Of a stretch of 64,000 nucleotides of DNA, positions 1 through 10,724 are shown one piece after another (position 1 is the first letter of the stretch; every line of letters begins with the position of its first letter). Under the pieces are notes generated by a model that ran no database searches, was not told where the DNA came from, and saw nothing but the letters and a program-made list of their open reading frames with translations. Source of the stretch: Syntrophales bacterium (GTDB lineage Bacteria; Desulfobacterota; Syntrophia; Syntrophales; UBA2210); NCBI GenBank assembly GCA_963662405.2, contig CAXXKT010000001.1, forward strand, positions 1,344,001 through 1,408,000, given 5' to 3'. The position numbers were made by a program, and so were the translations under genes.

Positions 1-296
1 TGATCGCCGTTTCGACCGCCGCCATTGTGATGATCCTGTACTATCTCTCACGGAACCGGACCACCGGAACGATGCTTATCTGCGCCCTTTCACTGATAGT
101 CGGCGGTGCGGCGGGAAATCTCATCGACCGGGTCATGCTCGGAAGTGTAATAGATTTTTTTGACCTTTACGCCGGTTCCTGGCACTGGCCCGCCTTCAAC
201 GTGGCTGATTCCGCCATATCGGTGGGTGCCGCCCTGCTCGTTATTGAACTATTCAGGAAGAAGCGGGCGGAGGAGATTATCTCCGCCGGAGAATAA
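1..296 (+). CDS. lspA: Lipoprotein signal peptidase II (5' truncated by window)
   Basis: [16 protein letters not shown] and WPAFNVAD catalytic motifs. Confidence 0.95.
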   Translation, partial: IAVSTAAIVMILYYLSRNRTTGTMLICALSLIVGGAAGNLIDRVMLGSVIDFFDLYAGSWHWPAFNVADSAISVGAALLVIELFRKKRAEEIISAGE

Positions 297-738
297 CGAT
301 CTTCAGGTACTTTTCCCCCCACTCAAGGGCATCATCGCGATCGGAGAAGAAGATATCGATGTGATCCCCCACGATGGCGCTTCCCGTATCGTGGACTTCT
401 CCCCATCCGTACCCCGGGACATACATCTTGGTGCCGAAGGGATACCGCCGGATGTCCGCTGCGATTGTCCCATGCTTCGCTTTTGTCCCGTCGGCCGTGA
501 TGCCGACCCTTTTGGGTTTTCCCTCGAGCGGTCCATAGGCGTAGACCGGAGGACCGATGCACCAGTACTTTCGTTTCCATCCGCATGATTCCGGCCCGGC
601 ATCGTAGGCGGTGACGAGCATGGTGCGTGTTACCTTATCGAATTCTTTACCCTTGGGGAAGAGACAGCATCCCTGGAGGAAGAACCCGATGATAACAGGG
701 ATCAGCCACAGCAAGAGCTGTCTGCGTATGCCGGTCAT
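277..738 (-). CDS. 3D (MltA-like) domain lipoprotein
   Basis: Hydrophobic N-terminus with LQGC; VTAY, IAAD..YPFGT, DTGSAI.GDHIDIF 3D motifs; start chosen at MTGIRR. Confidence 0.85.
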   Translation of the reverse strand: MTGIRRQLLLWLIPVIIGFFLQGCCLFPKGKEFDKVTRTMLVTAYDAGPESCGWKRKYWCIGPPVYAYGPLEGKPKRVGITADGTKAKHGTIAADIRRYPFGTKMYVPGYGWGEVHDTGSAIVGDHIDIFFSDRDDALEWGEKYLKIVILRRR

Positions 739-855
739 ATGATGCCTCACATATGAAAGTTTGATGCCGTGAACCTGTCCGTCCCTTATCACACCGGATG
801 CGGATCTTTCAAGAGACCGTGCAACTGCATGCCGAGGAAACGGGGTCGGCGGTTC

Positions 856-2157
856 CTAGCCCATCAATCCCGGAAGGAAGAGGGCAATCTGGGGGAAGGG
901 AATCAGAAGGAGCGTTCCGATGATCAGTGCCGCCAGGAAGGGGAGTGCCCCCTTGAAGATGACATCAAGCGGGACGTCCCTGGCCACGCCACTGACGACA
1001 TAGACATTGATCCCCACGGGGGGGGTGATCACGCCGATCTGGGTCACGAGGACTATAATGACACCGAACCATATGGGGTCGTATCCCAGGTGCAGGATCA
1101 CCGGGTAGAAGATGGGGATGGTCAGCATAATCAATGCCAGGGAATCGATGATGCACCCGCCGACCAGGTAGACGGCGATGATGATCAGCATGATGCTCCA
1201 TCGCGGCAGCTCCATCTCAGATACCCCTTGGGCGATATCGAAGGGGATCCGGGTAACGGCCAGGAAGTGACCGAAGATCGTGGCTCCGGCAACGATGATG
1301 AGGATCATGCAGGATATGCGTGTCGTCTCGAAGAGGGCGGCAAGGAATCCTTGCAGGGTGAGGTTACGACCCGCAAGGGCCAAGATAAGCGTGCCGCAGG
1401 CTCCGATGGCACCAGCCTCAGTCGGGGTGAAGATCCCCAGAAACAGTCCCCCCATAATCACGATAAAGAGGATGAGGGTCTCAACCAGACCCGAGAGGGA
1501 TTCCCATTTCTCTCTGAGGGAGAATCGCGGTCCCTTCGGCCCGAGTTCCGGCCGCAAGTGTGCCCATGTGACGATGGCGAGGACGAAGAGGAGTGTGAGG
1601 AGCAAACCGGGCACGAGACCGGCCATGAAAAGACTCCCGATGGACTGTTCCGTCGAGATCCCGTAGACCATAAAGATGACGCTGGGAGGGATCAGGATGC
1701 CGAGGCTTCCCCCCGCGGCGACGACACCCGTGGCGAGAGCCGGTTTGTAGTTGTATCGCTTCATCTCCGGAAGGGTTGCCGCCCCCATGGTTGCAGCCGT
1801 CGCGTTGGTTGAACCGCAGATGGCGGCGAAGGCGGCACATGCTCCGACCGTCGCAATGGCAAGCCCTCCCGGCCAATGCCCGATGAATTTGTAGGCTGCG
1901 TTAAAGAGACGAGAACTGATCCCGGAGTGATAGGCAAGTTGTCCCATCAGGACAAAGAGCGGGATCACGGTCAGGCTGTACGATCCGAAGACGGAAAAGA
2001 GGTCTTTTGCAACTAAACTCATGGATGCGTCGAATGTGACGGTGTATCCGAAACCGACAAATCCCACCGCGGCCATGACGAAGCCGACGGGCATCCGCAG
2101 AAACATCAGGATGAAAAGAAAGGCAATCCCTGTAAGTCCGATTACGGTGGGGTTCAC
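856..2157 (-). CDS. dctM: TRAP transporter large permease
   Basis: IPLFVLMG, GGSLGILIPPS, ITPPVG motifs; GTG start overlaps dctQ stop. Confidence 0.93.
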   Translation of the reverse strand: MNPTVIGLTGIAFLFILMFLRMPVGFVMAAVGFVGFGYTVTFDASMSLVAKDLFSVFGSYSLTVIPLFVLMGQLAYHSGISSRLFNAAYKFIGHWPGGLAIATVGACAAFAAICGSTNATAATMGAATLPEMKRYNYKPALATGVVAAGGSLGILIPPSVIFMVYGISTEQSIGSLFMAGLVPGLLLTLLFVLAIVTWAHLRPELGPKGPRFSLREKWESLSGLVETLILFIVIMGGLFLGIFTPTEAGAIGACGTLILALAGRNLTLQGFLAALFETTRISCMILIIVAGATIFGHFLAVTRIPFDIAQGVSEMELPRWSIMLIIIAVYLVGGCIIDSLALIMLTIPIFYPVILHLGYDPIWFGVIIVLVTQIGVITPPVGINVYVVSGVARDVPLDVIFKGALPFLAALIIGTLLLIPFPQIALFLPGLMG

Positions 2158-2636
2158 TGGGTAATCCCCTTGATTTTCCTGTAGCAGCGTGTTGCAAGGA
2201 CGAATGTTGCAAGACAGCAACCGATCGCGATGCCGAAAACGAAGGGATAGACAGGAACTTCAACGGTGAGCGATACCTCGCCGGTGCGCCTCAAATTCAG
2301 GGCATATACCACACTCTGCCACGTAATGATTCCAAACAACAAGATGCTTATCAGATCAACGGCCGTCGCAATGACCGCCTGTACCTTCTCCGGCATCTTC
2401 CGGACCAGGAACTCAACTGCGATATGTCCCTGCTGCGCCGTGGTGTATGCCAAGGCAAAGGCGACACCGACCGTTCCCATCAATCCCACGATCTCATAAG
2501 TTCCGGGGATCGGGTGGCGGAAAAACCGCAAGACCACATCGGCGCAGGTGAGGAGCATCATCACTAGAATGCTCACCCCTGCCACCCAGTTGAAGGCGGT
2601 GCTGAGATTGTCGATCTGTTTCTCCAGGCGGATCAT
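2154..2636 (-). CDS. dctQ: TRAP transporter small permease
   Basis: About 4 TM segments, DVVLRFF and GHIAVE motifs; lies between dctP and dctM. Confidence 0.9.
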   Translation of the reverse strand: MIRLEKQIDNLSTAFNWVAGVSILVMMLLTCADVVLRFFRHPIPGTYEIVGLMGTVGVAFALAYTTAQQGHIAVEFLVRKMPEKVQAVIATAVDLISILLFGIITWQSVVYALNLRRTGEVSLTVEVPVYPFVFGIAIGCCLATFVLATRCYRKIKGITQ

Positions 2637-2648
2637 ATCGTTTCACAT

Positions 2649-2693
2649 GCGGGGGGCGGGGCACCAACCTGTGTTGCGTCCCCCGTCCCCCGC
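2649..2693 (-). terminator. GC-rich stem-loop between dctP and dctQ (mRNA stabiliser or attenuator)
   Basis: gcggggggcgggg ... ccccgtcccccgc imperfect inverted repeat just after the dctP stop. Confidence 0.5.
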
Positions 2694-2704
2694 TTCCTGA
2701 CTGC

Positions 2705-3724
2705 TCACTTGCTGTAGGTGCCGATCAGTTCTTTTACCACCGAGACGGCTTTTTGTCCCGGGAGACCTTTTCCTTCGGCGGTACGGATATAGTCGTTGAT
2801 TATCGGCTGTACCGCTTGCGTCCATCTCTTGCTTTCTTCCGCGGAGAGGGGGATGATCTCGTTCCCTTCGCTGAGGGTGTACGAACGCCCATCTTCATCG
2901 CTCTTGTCCCAGGCATTTCCATGGACGGTGACCCACTCCCCACTCACCTCCTCTATCACCTTTTGGAGGTCTTTGGGAAGTGATTTCCACTTGTCGGTAT
3001 TCATCACCACAAACATGGCCGTGGTATACCCGATGCCGGTGCACTGGGTGGTATAGTCGATCACCTCTGCCTGTTTCCAGCCCTTGAGGGTTTCGATCGG
3101 TGTGAAGGTCCCCTCGACCACTCCCTTCTGCAGGGCTTCATAGGTGCCTCCCTGAGGCATGGCGACGGGAACCCCGCCGAGGACCTCGACGACTTGAGCA
3201 CTCAGACCCGTCGAACGGATCTTCATCCCTTTGATGTCTTCCAGGACCCTGACCGGTTTTTGGGTGCTGAGAAGACCGGGGCCATGGGCATGGACATACA
3301 GGACTTTGACGTCTTGCAGTTCCTTCGGTACCATGGTTTTGGCAAACTCATTGGCAACAAGGGTTGCGACGAGTCCGCTGGGATATCCGTGGGGAAGATC
3401 GACGGCCGCCATAACCGGGAATCGCCCCCTCGTGTAAGCGAAACAGGACATCCCGATATCCGATATCCCCTGTACCACCCCGTCATAACACTGGTTCGCC
3501 TTTGTCAATGTCCCTCCGGGGAAGGTGGTGATCTTGATTCGGCCATCGGAGCGCTTTTCTACCTCCTGCGCCCAGGATACGGCCGCTTGGCACTGACTGT
3601 GGGTCGGTGGAAAAAAAATGCTGTAGGTCAGCGTGGTCTTTGCTTGTCCCTGCATGGTTGTTGCCAGCAAGAATGCCGCTGTGCCCATCATAATCATAAC
3701 ACTCATTAACATATTCTTTTTCAT
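2705..3724 (-). CDS. dctP: TRAP transporter substrate-binding protein
   Basis: Signal peptide; DIKGMKIR and [11 protein letters not shown]ctP motifs. Confidence 0.92.
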   Translation of the reverse strand: MKKNMLMSVMIMMGTAAFLLATTMQGQAKTTLTYSIFFPPTHSQCQAAVSWAQEVEKRSDGRIKITTFPGGTLTKANQCYDGVVQGISDIGMSCFAYTRGRFPVMAAVDLPHGYPSGLVATLVANEFAKTMVPKELQDVKVLYVHAHGPGLLSTQKPVRVLEDIKGMKIRSTGLSAQVVEVLGGVPVAMPQGGTYEALQKGVVEGTFTPIETLKGWKQAEVIDYTTQCTGIGYTTAMFVVMNTDKWKSLPKDLQKVIEEVSGEWVTVHGNAWDKSDEDGRSYTLSEGNEIIPLSAEESKRWTQAVQPIINDYIRTAEGKGLPGQKAVSVVKELIGTYSK

Positions 3725-4040
3725 GCTTTTCCCCCTTTGGCTCAGTGTGTTCATATACCGACCTTCCGCGCTATCCCTGTAGGGATGTGCGAGGTCCGCC
3801 TTCAAGTTTATATAACGTAATTACAACGGAAACTACTTCGATGTGGTGGCCTGCTTTCCTGCCCGATCGGGTCAAGAAGCAGGCATCAATACATGTAGGT
3901 CTTACCCGTAGACTGCAAAATTGCTGGCAGGAAAAATAAGACGTTCATACCGTATCCCTGATTATAATATCACCCTGACCCATACCTGATTTGGTACGGC
4001 CTGTCAAATACTCTCTGTGCATTCCAAACAACCCGCCACG

Positions 4041-4074
4041 CGCGGAAGGGCTCCGTACGCGGCACCCTTCCACG
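4041..4074 (-). terminator. Stem-loop downstream of the small membrane protein gene
   Basis: ggaaggg ... cccttcc inverted repeat ~30 nt after the stop at 4103. Confidence 0.45.
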
Positions 4075-4102
4075 GGGCATTATCCCTATATAACGAAATA
4101 TA

Positions 4103-4414
4103 TCACTTTTTCGCTTTATTTGCGGTCTTGACTTTTTCCAGTTCAGCCTTATACTTCTCGGCTTCAGCCTGGGCTTTTTTCAGGTCTTCCTTTGCGGCAT
4201 CCAGCTCCGCCGTATTCGGGGCGACCGGTTCGGCCTCCTTGGCGGTCATCTGGTCTTTCATCTCATCGAAACCAACATATATTGCAAGGGCGCCTCCGAG
4301 GAGCAGGATGACCGGGATACCACCCTGGAGAATCTCAAGAAAGGGACCCCACCAGATGACCAGTCCGATAAGTCCCAAAACAGCCGCTATTACACCGCCT
4401 ACCAATACTTTCAT
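4103..4414 (-). CDS. Small two-TM membrane protein with C-terminal coiled coil, MamI-like
   Basis: AGGAGG RBS 10 nt upstream of ATG 4414; GxxAxxxGLxGLxxWW...ExLxGxxPV pattern; A/E/K-rich helical tail. Confidence 0.75.
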   Translation of the reverse strand: MKVLVGGVIAAVLGLIGLVIWWGPFLEILQGGIPVILLLGGALAIYVGFDEMKDQMTAKEAEPVAPNTAELDAAKEDLKKAQAEAEKYKAELEKVKTANKAKK

Positions 4415-4630
4415 AATCCCCAATCCTCCTTACTCAGTAATAGTCTCTCGTGGTCATTGCGGCAACAGTGCCAAACGAAACAGAGCTAACATAAAAAAGA
4501 GCTGCGGGCAAGATCAAAATAGAGAAAAAGGACTTGCCTAAAAAGAAATATTGCATTATCTTCATAAACTTTCAAATGACTTATTGGGATACTCTTCCCC
4601 TGAAGGGGGGGGGGTGGGAAAGGATGCGGT

Positions 4631-5008
4631 ATGGTTGATCTGGATTTCAAAAAGGGAGACGGGCTCGTCCCTGTTATAGCGCAGGATTGGAGAACGGGGG
4701 AGGTGTTGATGCTGGCCTATATGAACCGGGAGGCCTGGGAAAAGACGATTGAGACGGAGAGGGCGACGTACTGGAGCAGATCGCGTCAGTCTCTCTGGAT
4801 CAAGGGTGAGACATCCGGAAATGTGCAAACGGTCAAGGAAATCTTTGTGGACTGCGATCTGGATACCGTGGTGCTTAAGGTGGATCAGGGAGGCGGTGCC
4901 GCCTGCCATATGGGTTACCGGTCCTGCTTCTACCGGAAGGTGTCCGACGGGGAGATGGCGATTGTCGGTGAGAGGGTATTCGATCCGGAGGATGTATATA
5001 CGAAATGA
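4631..5008 (+). CDS. hisI: Phosphoribosyl-AMP cyclohydrolase
   Basis: [30 protein letters not shown]. Confidence 0.97.
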   Translation: MVDLDFKKGDGLVPVIAQDWRTGEVLMLAYMNREAWEKTIETERATYWSRSRQSLWIKGETSGNVQTVKEIFVDCDLDTVVLKVDQGGGAACHMGYRSCFYRKVSDGEMAIVGERVFDPEDVYTK

Positions 5009-5877
5009 AGAAATTAAAACTGGGTATACCCAAGGGGAGCCTCGAATCCAATACGATAGAATTGTTCAAGAGGGCGGGGTGGCGTATCTCATATGATGCC
5101 AGAAGCTATTTCCCATCGATTGACGATGAGGACATCTCCTGCGCCCTTGTGCGGGCGCAAGAGATGTCCCGCTACGTTGATGACGCAACCATCGATCTCG
5201 GCCTGACGGGAAGAGACTGGATCCTGGAAAACGAATCCGACGTGGTGGTCGTTCAAGACCTCATCTACTCAAAGGCATCCACGCGTCAGGCCCGCTGGGT
5301 CCTCGTGGTGCGGGAAGATTCTCCCATTACATCGCTGGAAGATGTGGCCGGCAAGAGGATCTCCACGGAACTGGTGAGCTTCACCCGCAGATACCTCCAA
5401 GAGCGGGGGATAGAGGCGCACCTGGAATTTTCCTGGGGTGCCACGGAGGCGAAGGTTGTCGAAGGCCTAGTGGACGCGATCGTCGAGGTGACGGAGACGG
5501 GAAGTACGCTCAAGGCCAATAAGTTGAAGATCGTCCATGAACTCCTGAAAACGAACACCCAGCTGATCGCCAACAAGGTGGCATGGGAAGACCCGTGGAA
5601 ACGCAGGAAGATAGAGCAGATCAGCACCCTTCTCTCCGGCTCCCTCATGGCGATGGGAAAGGTCGGCCTCAAGATGAATGTCGGCCGGGAGAACCTGGGA
5701 CGAGTAGTGCTTCTCCTCCCCTCGTTGAAGGCCCCGACCACGTCCGGGCTTGCCGACGAGAACTGGTTCGCCGTCGAGGCGGTGGTCGATCGTGATATCG
5801 TACGAGATCTGATCCCGCTCCTCCGCGAGGCGGGGGCCGAAGGGATCATCGAATATCCGCTCAACAAGGTGTTGTAA
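5005..5877 (+). CDS. hisG: ATP phosphoribosyltransferase (long form)
   Basis: [20 protein letters not shown]-terminal regulatory domain. Confidence 0.97.
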   Translation: MKKLKLGIPKGSLESNTIELFKRAGWRISYDARSYFPSIDDEDISCALVRAQEMSRYVDDATIDLGLTGRDWILENESDVVVVQDLIYSKASTRQARWVLVVREDSPITSLEDVAGKRISTELVSFTRRYLQERGIEAHLEFSWGATEAKVVEGLVDAIVEVTETGSTLKANKLKIVHELLKTNTQLIANKVAWEDPWKRRKIEQISTLLSGSLMAMGKVGLKMNVGRENLGRVVLLLPSLKAPTTSGLADENWFAVEAVVDRDIVRDLIPLLREAGAEGIIEYPLNKVL

Positions 5878-5894
5878 AAAGGAGAGCCGAGGAG

Positions 5895-6482
5895 ATGGAA
5901 CGAACAGAAAAGATCACCCGAACGACCACGGAAACGGATGTGTCCCTTGAGATCAACCTCGACGGAGACGGGGTGGGAGAGGTATCGACGACGATCCCGT
6001 TCCTCGATCATATGCTCACCCTTTTTACGAAACACGGTTTTTTTGATTTGAATGTCCGGGGGAGCGGGGATACGAATGTGGATTACCACCATCTGGTGGA
6101 GGATATCGGGATATGCCTCGGAGAGGCGGTGAAGAAGACCTTGGGAAACAAGGAGGGTGTCACCCGGTACGGGTCCGCCCGTGTCCCGATGGATGAGGCC
6201 CTGTGTGATGTCTGCATCGATATCTCCGGGAGACCGTACCTCGTTTTCAGGGCCGAATTCGGGGGAAAGAAGATCAGGGATTTTGATCCCCTCATTCTGG
6301 AAGAGTTTTTCAGGGCATTTGCCGATCACGGGGGAATAACCTTGCATATAAATGCCGTATATGGTAAGAATCCTCACCACATAGCGGAAGCCATCTTCAA
6401 GGCGTTTGCCCGTGCTTTGCGAGAGGCCGTCTGTATTGACGGTCGGATCAAGGGTGTCCTGTCGACGAAAGGAAGTATCTAA
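5895..6482 (+). CDS. hisB: Imidazoleglycerol-phosphate dehydratase
   Basis: FLDHML, DYHHLVED, NPHHIAEAIFKA, STKG. Confidence 0.97.
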   Translation: MERTEKITRTTTETDVSLEINLDGDGVGEVSTTIPFLDHMLTLFTKHGFFDLNVRGSGDTNVDYHHLVEDIGICLGEAVKKTLGNKEGVTRYGSARVPMDEALCDVCIDISGRPYLVFRAEFGGKKIRDFDPLILEEFFRAFADHGGITLHINAVYGKNPHHIAEAIFKAFARALREAVCIDGRIKGVLSTKGSI

Positions 6483-6561
6483 CGCTGCTGTCTGCCACGC
6501 CGAAGATCTTTCCATGAAATTCCCCGTGGGGGCCGGTTGTCGGAAAATCTTACGGAACGGG

Positions 6562-7278
6562 GTGATACGTATCAAAAAATCTGTTTCTCTCTTCGGTCTT
6601 ATCATGGTTTTCCTGGGGGGGGTGTTTTGTGTGACCTTTTTGGTCGGGTGTGCATCCCGTCAGGGAGGGACGGCTCTTCTTCTCCAAAGGGGTGTTCACC
6701 TTGAGAAGCTTGCCGTGGTCCCTTTTCAGGTGGTTGTTCCCGGTGATCCGGTTGAACGGATCGTCCGCTGTCCCCTTTCCGGGGCAACGTTCAGATCGTG
6801 TGTACCGTCGGGGAATCCTGAGAGGAAGCTGGAGGAGTATCTGGTTGGCGGTCTCAAGCCGTCCGGGGGATGCGTCGTGATACCTCCCCGAGAGATGCAG
6901 GGTGCATACCAGAGGGCCTCCGCCGATTCCATGGATCGATCCCACCGCGAGGTGTTGAGAGCGGTGGGGAAAGAGGTCGGGGCGGACGGGGTCCTTGCGG
7001 GGTATCTTTTCTGCTATCGGGAGCGAAGGGGGCGCGATTATGCCGCGGAGCGACCCGCCTCGGTTGCCTTCTGCGTCCACCTGATCCGTGTTGCCGACGG
7101 TGTGACGATATGGAAGGGTGTTTTCGATAAGACACAGGGCTCATTGATGGAGAATATACTGGATATCATTCCCTTTATACGGGGTGGGGGAAGGTGGATG
7201 ACCGCCGACGAGTTGTCGCGGGAGGGTATGAGAGTGATATTGGGGAATTTCCCCGAGATGGAGGGACGTGACAGGTGA
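6562..7278 (+). CDS. Hypothetical lipoprotein (LpoB/CsgG/DUF799-like alpha/beta fold suspected)
   Basis: Hydrophobic leader ending LVGC; LAVVPF and GKEVGADGVL.G, DGVTIWK patterns; stop overlaps hisA start; start codon uncertain. Confidence 0.65.
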   Translation: MIRIKKSVSLFGLIMVFLGGVFCVTFLVGCASRQGGTALLLQRGVHLEKLAVVPFQVVVPGDPVERIVRCPLSGATFRSCVPSGNPERKLEEYLVGGLKPSGGCVVIPPREMQGAYQRASADSMDRSHREVLRAVGKEVGADGVLAGYLFCYRERRGRDYAAERPASVAFCVHLIRVADGVTIWKGVFDKTQGSLMENILDIIPFIRGGGRWMTADELSREGMRVILGNFPEMEGRDR

Positions 7279-8006
7279 TCATCATACCGGCTATCGATCT
7301 CAAGGGCGGTAAGTGTGTTCGGCTTCTGCAAGGTGATTTTAATCGGTCGACCGTCTATTCTGATAATCCCGCCGATATCGCCCTCAAGTGGCAAGAAAAG
7401 GGGGCCACGCGCATCCACGTGATTGATCTGGATGGTTCCCGTGACGGGGTGCCCCGTAACAGCGATGTTATTGAAGAGATCGCTCATGCGGTAGATGTTC
7501 CCCTCCAGGTCGGAGGTGGAATACGGGATATGGCGACCGTTGATCGGTACCGCGCCGGAGGGGTCGAATACGTAATCCTGGGGACTGCCGCCCTGAAGAA
7601 CAGAGACTTTGTCTTTGATGCGTGCGCTCTTCACCGGGGACATATCATCCTTGCCCTTGACGCCCGGGACGGCATGGTTGCGGTGGAGGGGTGGACCGAG
7701 AGCACGGAGCAATCCCCTGCGGAAATAGCCGCACAGTACGAGGGATGTGGTCTGGATTCCGTCATATACACCGACATCCGCCGCGACGGCATGGAGACGG
7801 GGGTCAACATTGCATCCACACGACTCCTCGCCGAATCGGTCGATATCCCGATCATCGCCTCGGGGGGTGTCGCTGGTATCCGCGACATCGACCGGCTCCT
7901 CGAAGAAGGCGGGGCGGGGATCCGGGGTGTCATTACCGGCAAGGCGCTCTATACCGGGGCCCTGAAGCTGGAGGATGCGATAGCGCGTGTAGCTGCTTTT
8001 GCATAG
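7275..8006 (+). CDS. hisA: ProFAR isomerase
   Basis: IIPAIDLKGGKCVRL, QVGGGIR, YTDI.RDG, IASGG. Confidence 0.97.
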   Translation: MIIIPAIDLKGGKCVRLLQGDFNRSTVYSDNPADIALKWQEKGATRIHVIDLDGSRDGVPRNSDVIEEIAHAVDVPLQVGGGIRDMATVDRYRAGGVEYVILGTAALKNRDFVFDACALHRGHIILALDARDGMVAVEGWTESTEQSPAEIAAQYEGCGLDSVIYTDIRRDGMETGVNIASTRLLAESVDIPIIASGGVAGIRDIDRLLEEGGAGIRGVITGKALYTGALKLEDAIARVAAFA

Positions 8007-8017
8007 GAGGTGGTGAA

Positions 8018-8353
8018 ATGGATGAGTGTATATTTTGCAGGATCGTACGGGGTGATATCCCGGCGACCGTTGTTTACGAGTCCCCGGATGCCCTGGCTTT
8101 TGAGGATGTCAATCCGATGGCCCCTGTCCATGTGGTGGTCGTACCGAAACAACATATAGCCACCCTGATGGGTGTCACGGACGGTGTGATGGAGGGATTG
8201 ATGGCGGCGGTGCGGGAGGTTGCCACGATCAAGGGAATCGCCGACAAGGGGTTCAGGACTGTTATCAATTGTAACGAGGAAGGCGGGCAGGTCGTCTTTC
8301 ACCTGCATATCCATGTCCTGGGAGGACGGAAGTTAAGCGATGATATGGGATAG
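8018..8353 (+). CDS. hinT: Histidine triad (HIT) nucleotide-binding protein
   Basis: CIFCRI, GQVVFHLHIHVLGGR; AGGAGG RBS. Confidence 0.93.
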   Translation: MDECIFCRIVRGDIPATVVYESPDALAFEDVNPMAPVHVVVVPKQHIATLMGVTDGVMEGLMAAVREVATIKGIADKGFRTVINCNEEGGQVVFHLHIHVLGGRKLSDDMG

Positions 8354-8440
8354 CACGGGAAAAGCCCTGCTTGCGGAACGTCACGGCGGAGAAGAGTCAC
8401 CCCGAGGGGTGGGCAATATACGAGAGGTGTTGAAAAGGCA

Positions 8441-8884
8441 ATGGACATGCAAAAACAGATATCGGATGCGATGATCACGGCGGCCAAGGAGAAGGATAAA
8501 GAAACCTTATCGACTCTCCGCATGATCAAATCGGCCTTGCATAATAAAGAGATAGATCTCAAGGATAAATTCGGCGAGACGGAGATGCTGCAGGTGCTCG
8601 CCTCGATGGTCAAGCAGCGCAGGGACTCCGTCGAGCAATTCAAAGAGGGCGGACGGCTCGAGCTTGCCGAAAAGGAGACGAGAGAGATCGCGGTTATCCA
8701 GCGATTTATGCCCCTACAGTTGTCTGAAGAAGAGTTGCGTACCCTGATCGAGCAAGCAATTGCGGAGGCCGGTGCGACCGGCATTCGGGACATGGGAAAG
8801 GTAATGAAACTTTTGATGCCCCGCGTGACGGGAAAAGCCGACGGCAAGGCCGTGGGAGAGGCAGTCAAGGTACAGTTGTCCTAG
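8441..8884 (+). CDS. yqeY: GatB/YqeY domain protein
   Basis: KQRRDS.EQF..GGR.ELA, DMGKVM, ADGK. Confidence 0.93.
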   Translation: MDMQKQISDAMITAAKEKDKETLSTLRMIKSALHNKEIDLKDKFGETEMLQVLASMVKQRRDSVEQFKEGGRLELAEKETREIAVIQRFMPLQLSEEELRTLIEQAIAEAGATGIRDMGKVMKLLMPRVTGKADGKAVGEAVKVQLS

Positions 8885-8930
8885 AACCGCTTTTTTTCGA
8901 ACAGGGTCCGGCCGGAGAGTAAGAGGGATC

Positions 8931-10724
8931 GTGAAGGGATATATTCCTCAGGAAAAGATAGGGGAAATCAAAAGCAGGGTCGGTATCGTCGATCTCATTT
9001 CCGGATATGTCACCCTGAAGAAGGCCGGCAGGAACTTTGTCGGGCTTTGCCCTTTTCACAAGGAAAAGACCCCTTCCTTCAGCGTGAATCCCGAGAAGCA
9101 GATCTTTTATTGCTTCGGCTGCGGGGAAGGGGGGGATATCTTTGCCTTCCTGATGAAGCTCAATGGGATTTCCTTCGCCGAGTCGGCGAGATACCTGGCG
9201 AAAAAGGCGGGGGTTTCTCTCCCGGTCAAACCGCTGACCGGTGCAGAGAAAACCAGGGAGACGGAGAAGGAAAAACTGTACCGGATCAACGCGATTGCTG
9301 CGGAATTCTTTTCACGGCAGCTTTCTTTACAGCGCGGTCACCCGGCCCGGCAGTACCTGAATATCCGCAAGATGGAGAATACCATCGTTGAGACGTTTCA
9401 TCTGGGGTATGCCCCGGAAGGATGGAGTCATCTCGTTTCCTATCTGGGGGAGAGAAAAGTTCCCCTCGTCCTTGCCGAGAGGGCCGGACTTGTCGTATCC
9501 AAAGAAACGAGTGGATACTATGACCGGTTTCGTAAGAGGTTGATTTTTCCGATAGAAGATTTGAGCGGGAGGGTGGTGGCATTCGGCGGCCGGGCCATTG
9601 ACGATGCGGATATGCCCAAGTATCTCAATTCTCCCGAGTCGCCCGTTTATACCAAGGGAAAGCTTCTATACGGCCTGTCCCGAACGAAAGATGCCGTCCG
9701 TGACAGAGATTATGCCATCTTGGTCGAAGGATATATCGATCTCCTCTCTTTATGGAATGCGGGGGTGAACAACGTAGTCGCGACTCTCGGAACGGCGCTG
9801 ACCCGGGATCAGGTCGGGTTGATCAGGCGCTTTACGCGGAACGTTGCCGTCATCTTTGATCCCGATGAGGCGGGGAGGCATGCCGTGGAACGGAGCCTGA
9901 AGCTGTTCCTTGAGGAAAGAATGCATGCCCGCGTGGTCGTTCTCCCCGAAGGATGTGATCCGGATGATTATGTCAAACACAATGGCGCGCCGGCCCTTGA
10001 GGAGTTGATCGCCCGCTCCCCGATGATGGTCGATTACTACGTCGACGTGATCATGGGAGGGGGAGGAACGTTTGAACACGACCTGGATGCCATGCGGGAT
10101 TCGATATCGTTCATCAGGACGATTGCTGATCCGATCGAACGGGATCTCTTTATCAAACGGGTCTCCGAACGGCTCGGCATCGACCAGAAACTCCTTAAGG
10201 ATCGGGTGGAAAAGGTCTTTCCGAAACAGAAGGGCGCCGTTCCTCCCCTTACTTATACACCGGGTGGAGGGGTGGACAAGGTTGACATGGTGGAATTAAA
10301 CCTTATCTATATGATGATGGAATATCCGGAGCATATTTCCGTTGTTGCTGAGGAGGGGATCATCGATTCATTCGGCTCGGAAGAGTTGAAAAAATTGGGG
10401 AATACCATTATCGAAAGGAAGGGAGATAGCAGTTCCCTGATCCGTGATCTGGGAGACGGGCCGGTAAAAGCCCGGCTCTTGCAGTTGATGATGGAACGAC
10501 CCTTCCCGGATAGTGAGATTGCGGGGAAGGTATTGCATGACAATATCAGGCAAGTACGAAACAAATGGTTCAAGGGCAGGCGGGCCCTTCTGAAAAAGGA
10601 GCTGATCCGAGCACAACAGGCGGGCGACAGGACTTTGAGTGACAGTCTGCTCAGGGATAAAGATAAATTGCTAAAGGAAGAGAGAGGATTGGTCAACAAT
10701 GAAAAAGGTGATCAAATCGGATGA
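8931..10724 (+). CDS. dnaG: DNA primase
   Basis: CPFH.EKTPSF..CFGC zinc finger, KYLNSPE, VEGYID and DPD TOPRIM motifs. Confidence 0.97.
   Translation: MKGYIPQEKIGEIKSRVGIVDLISGYVTLKKAGRNFVGLCPFHKEKTPSFSVNPEKQIFYCFGCGEGGDIFAFLMKLNGISFAESARYLAKKAGVSLPVKPLTGAEKTRETEKEKLYRINAIAAEFFSRQLSLQRGHPARQYLNIRKMENTIVETFHLGYAPEGWSHLVSYLGERKVPLVLAERAGLVVSKETSGYYDRFRKRLIFPIEDLSGRVVAFGGRAIDDADMPKYLNSPESPVYTKGKLLYGLSRTKDAVRDRDYAILVEGYIDLLSLWNAGVNNVVATLGTALTRDQVGLIRRFTRNVAVIFDPDEAGRHAVERSLKLFLEERMHARVVVLPEGCDPDDYVKHNGAPALEELIARSPMMVDYYVDVIMGGGGTFEHDLDAMRDSISFIRTIADPIERDLFIKRVSERLGIDQKLLKDRVEKVFPKQKGAVPPLTYTPGGGVDKVDMVELNLIYMMMEYPEHISVVAEEGIIDSFGSEELKKLGNTIIERKGDSSSLIRDLGDGPVKARLLQLMMERPFPDSEIAGKVLHDNIRQVRNKWFKGRRALLKKELIRAQQAGDRTLSDSLLRDKDKLLKEERGLVNNEKGDQIG

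Noticed and set aside
769..1812. Long antisense ORFs (also 5286-6605, 15210-16352, 24617-25675, 53185-54192, 57915-58925, 60643-61737)
   Set aside because: Shadow ORFs opposite well-supported genes in GC-rich DNA; no recognisable motifs
3849..3884. Hairpin in the dctP leader as a riboswitch
   Set aside because: Single stem-loop with no recognisable aptamer consensus; not enough to call
7691..8017. Apparent long HIT fusion ORF
   Set aside because: Upstream part overlaps hisA in another frame; a strong RBS precedes ATG 8018
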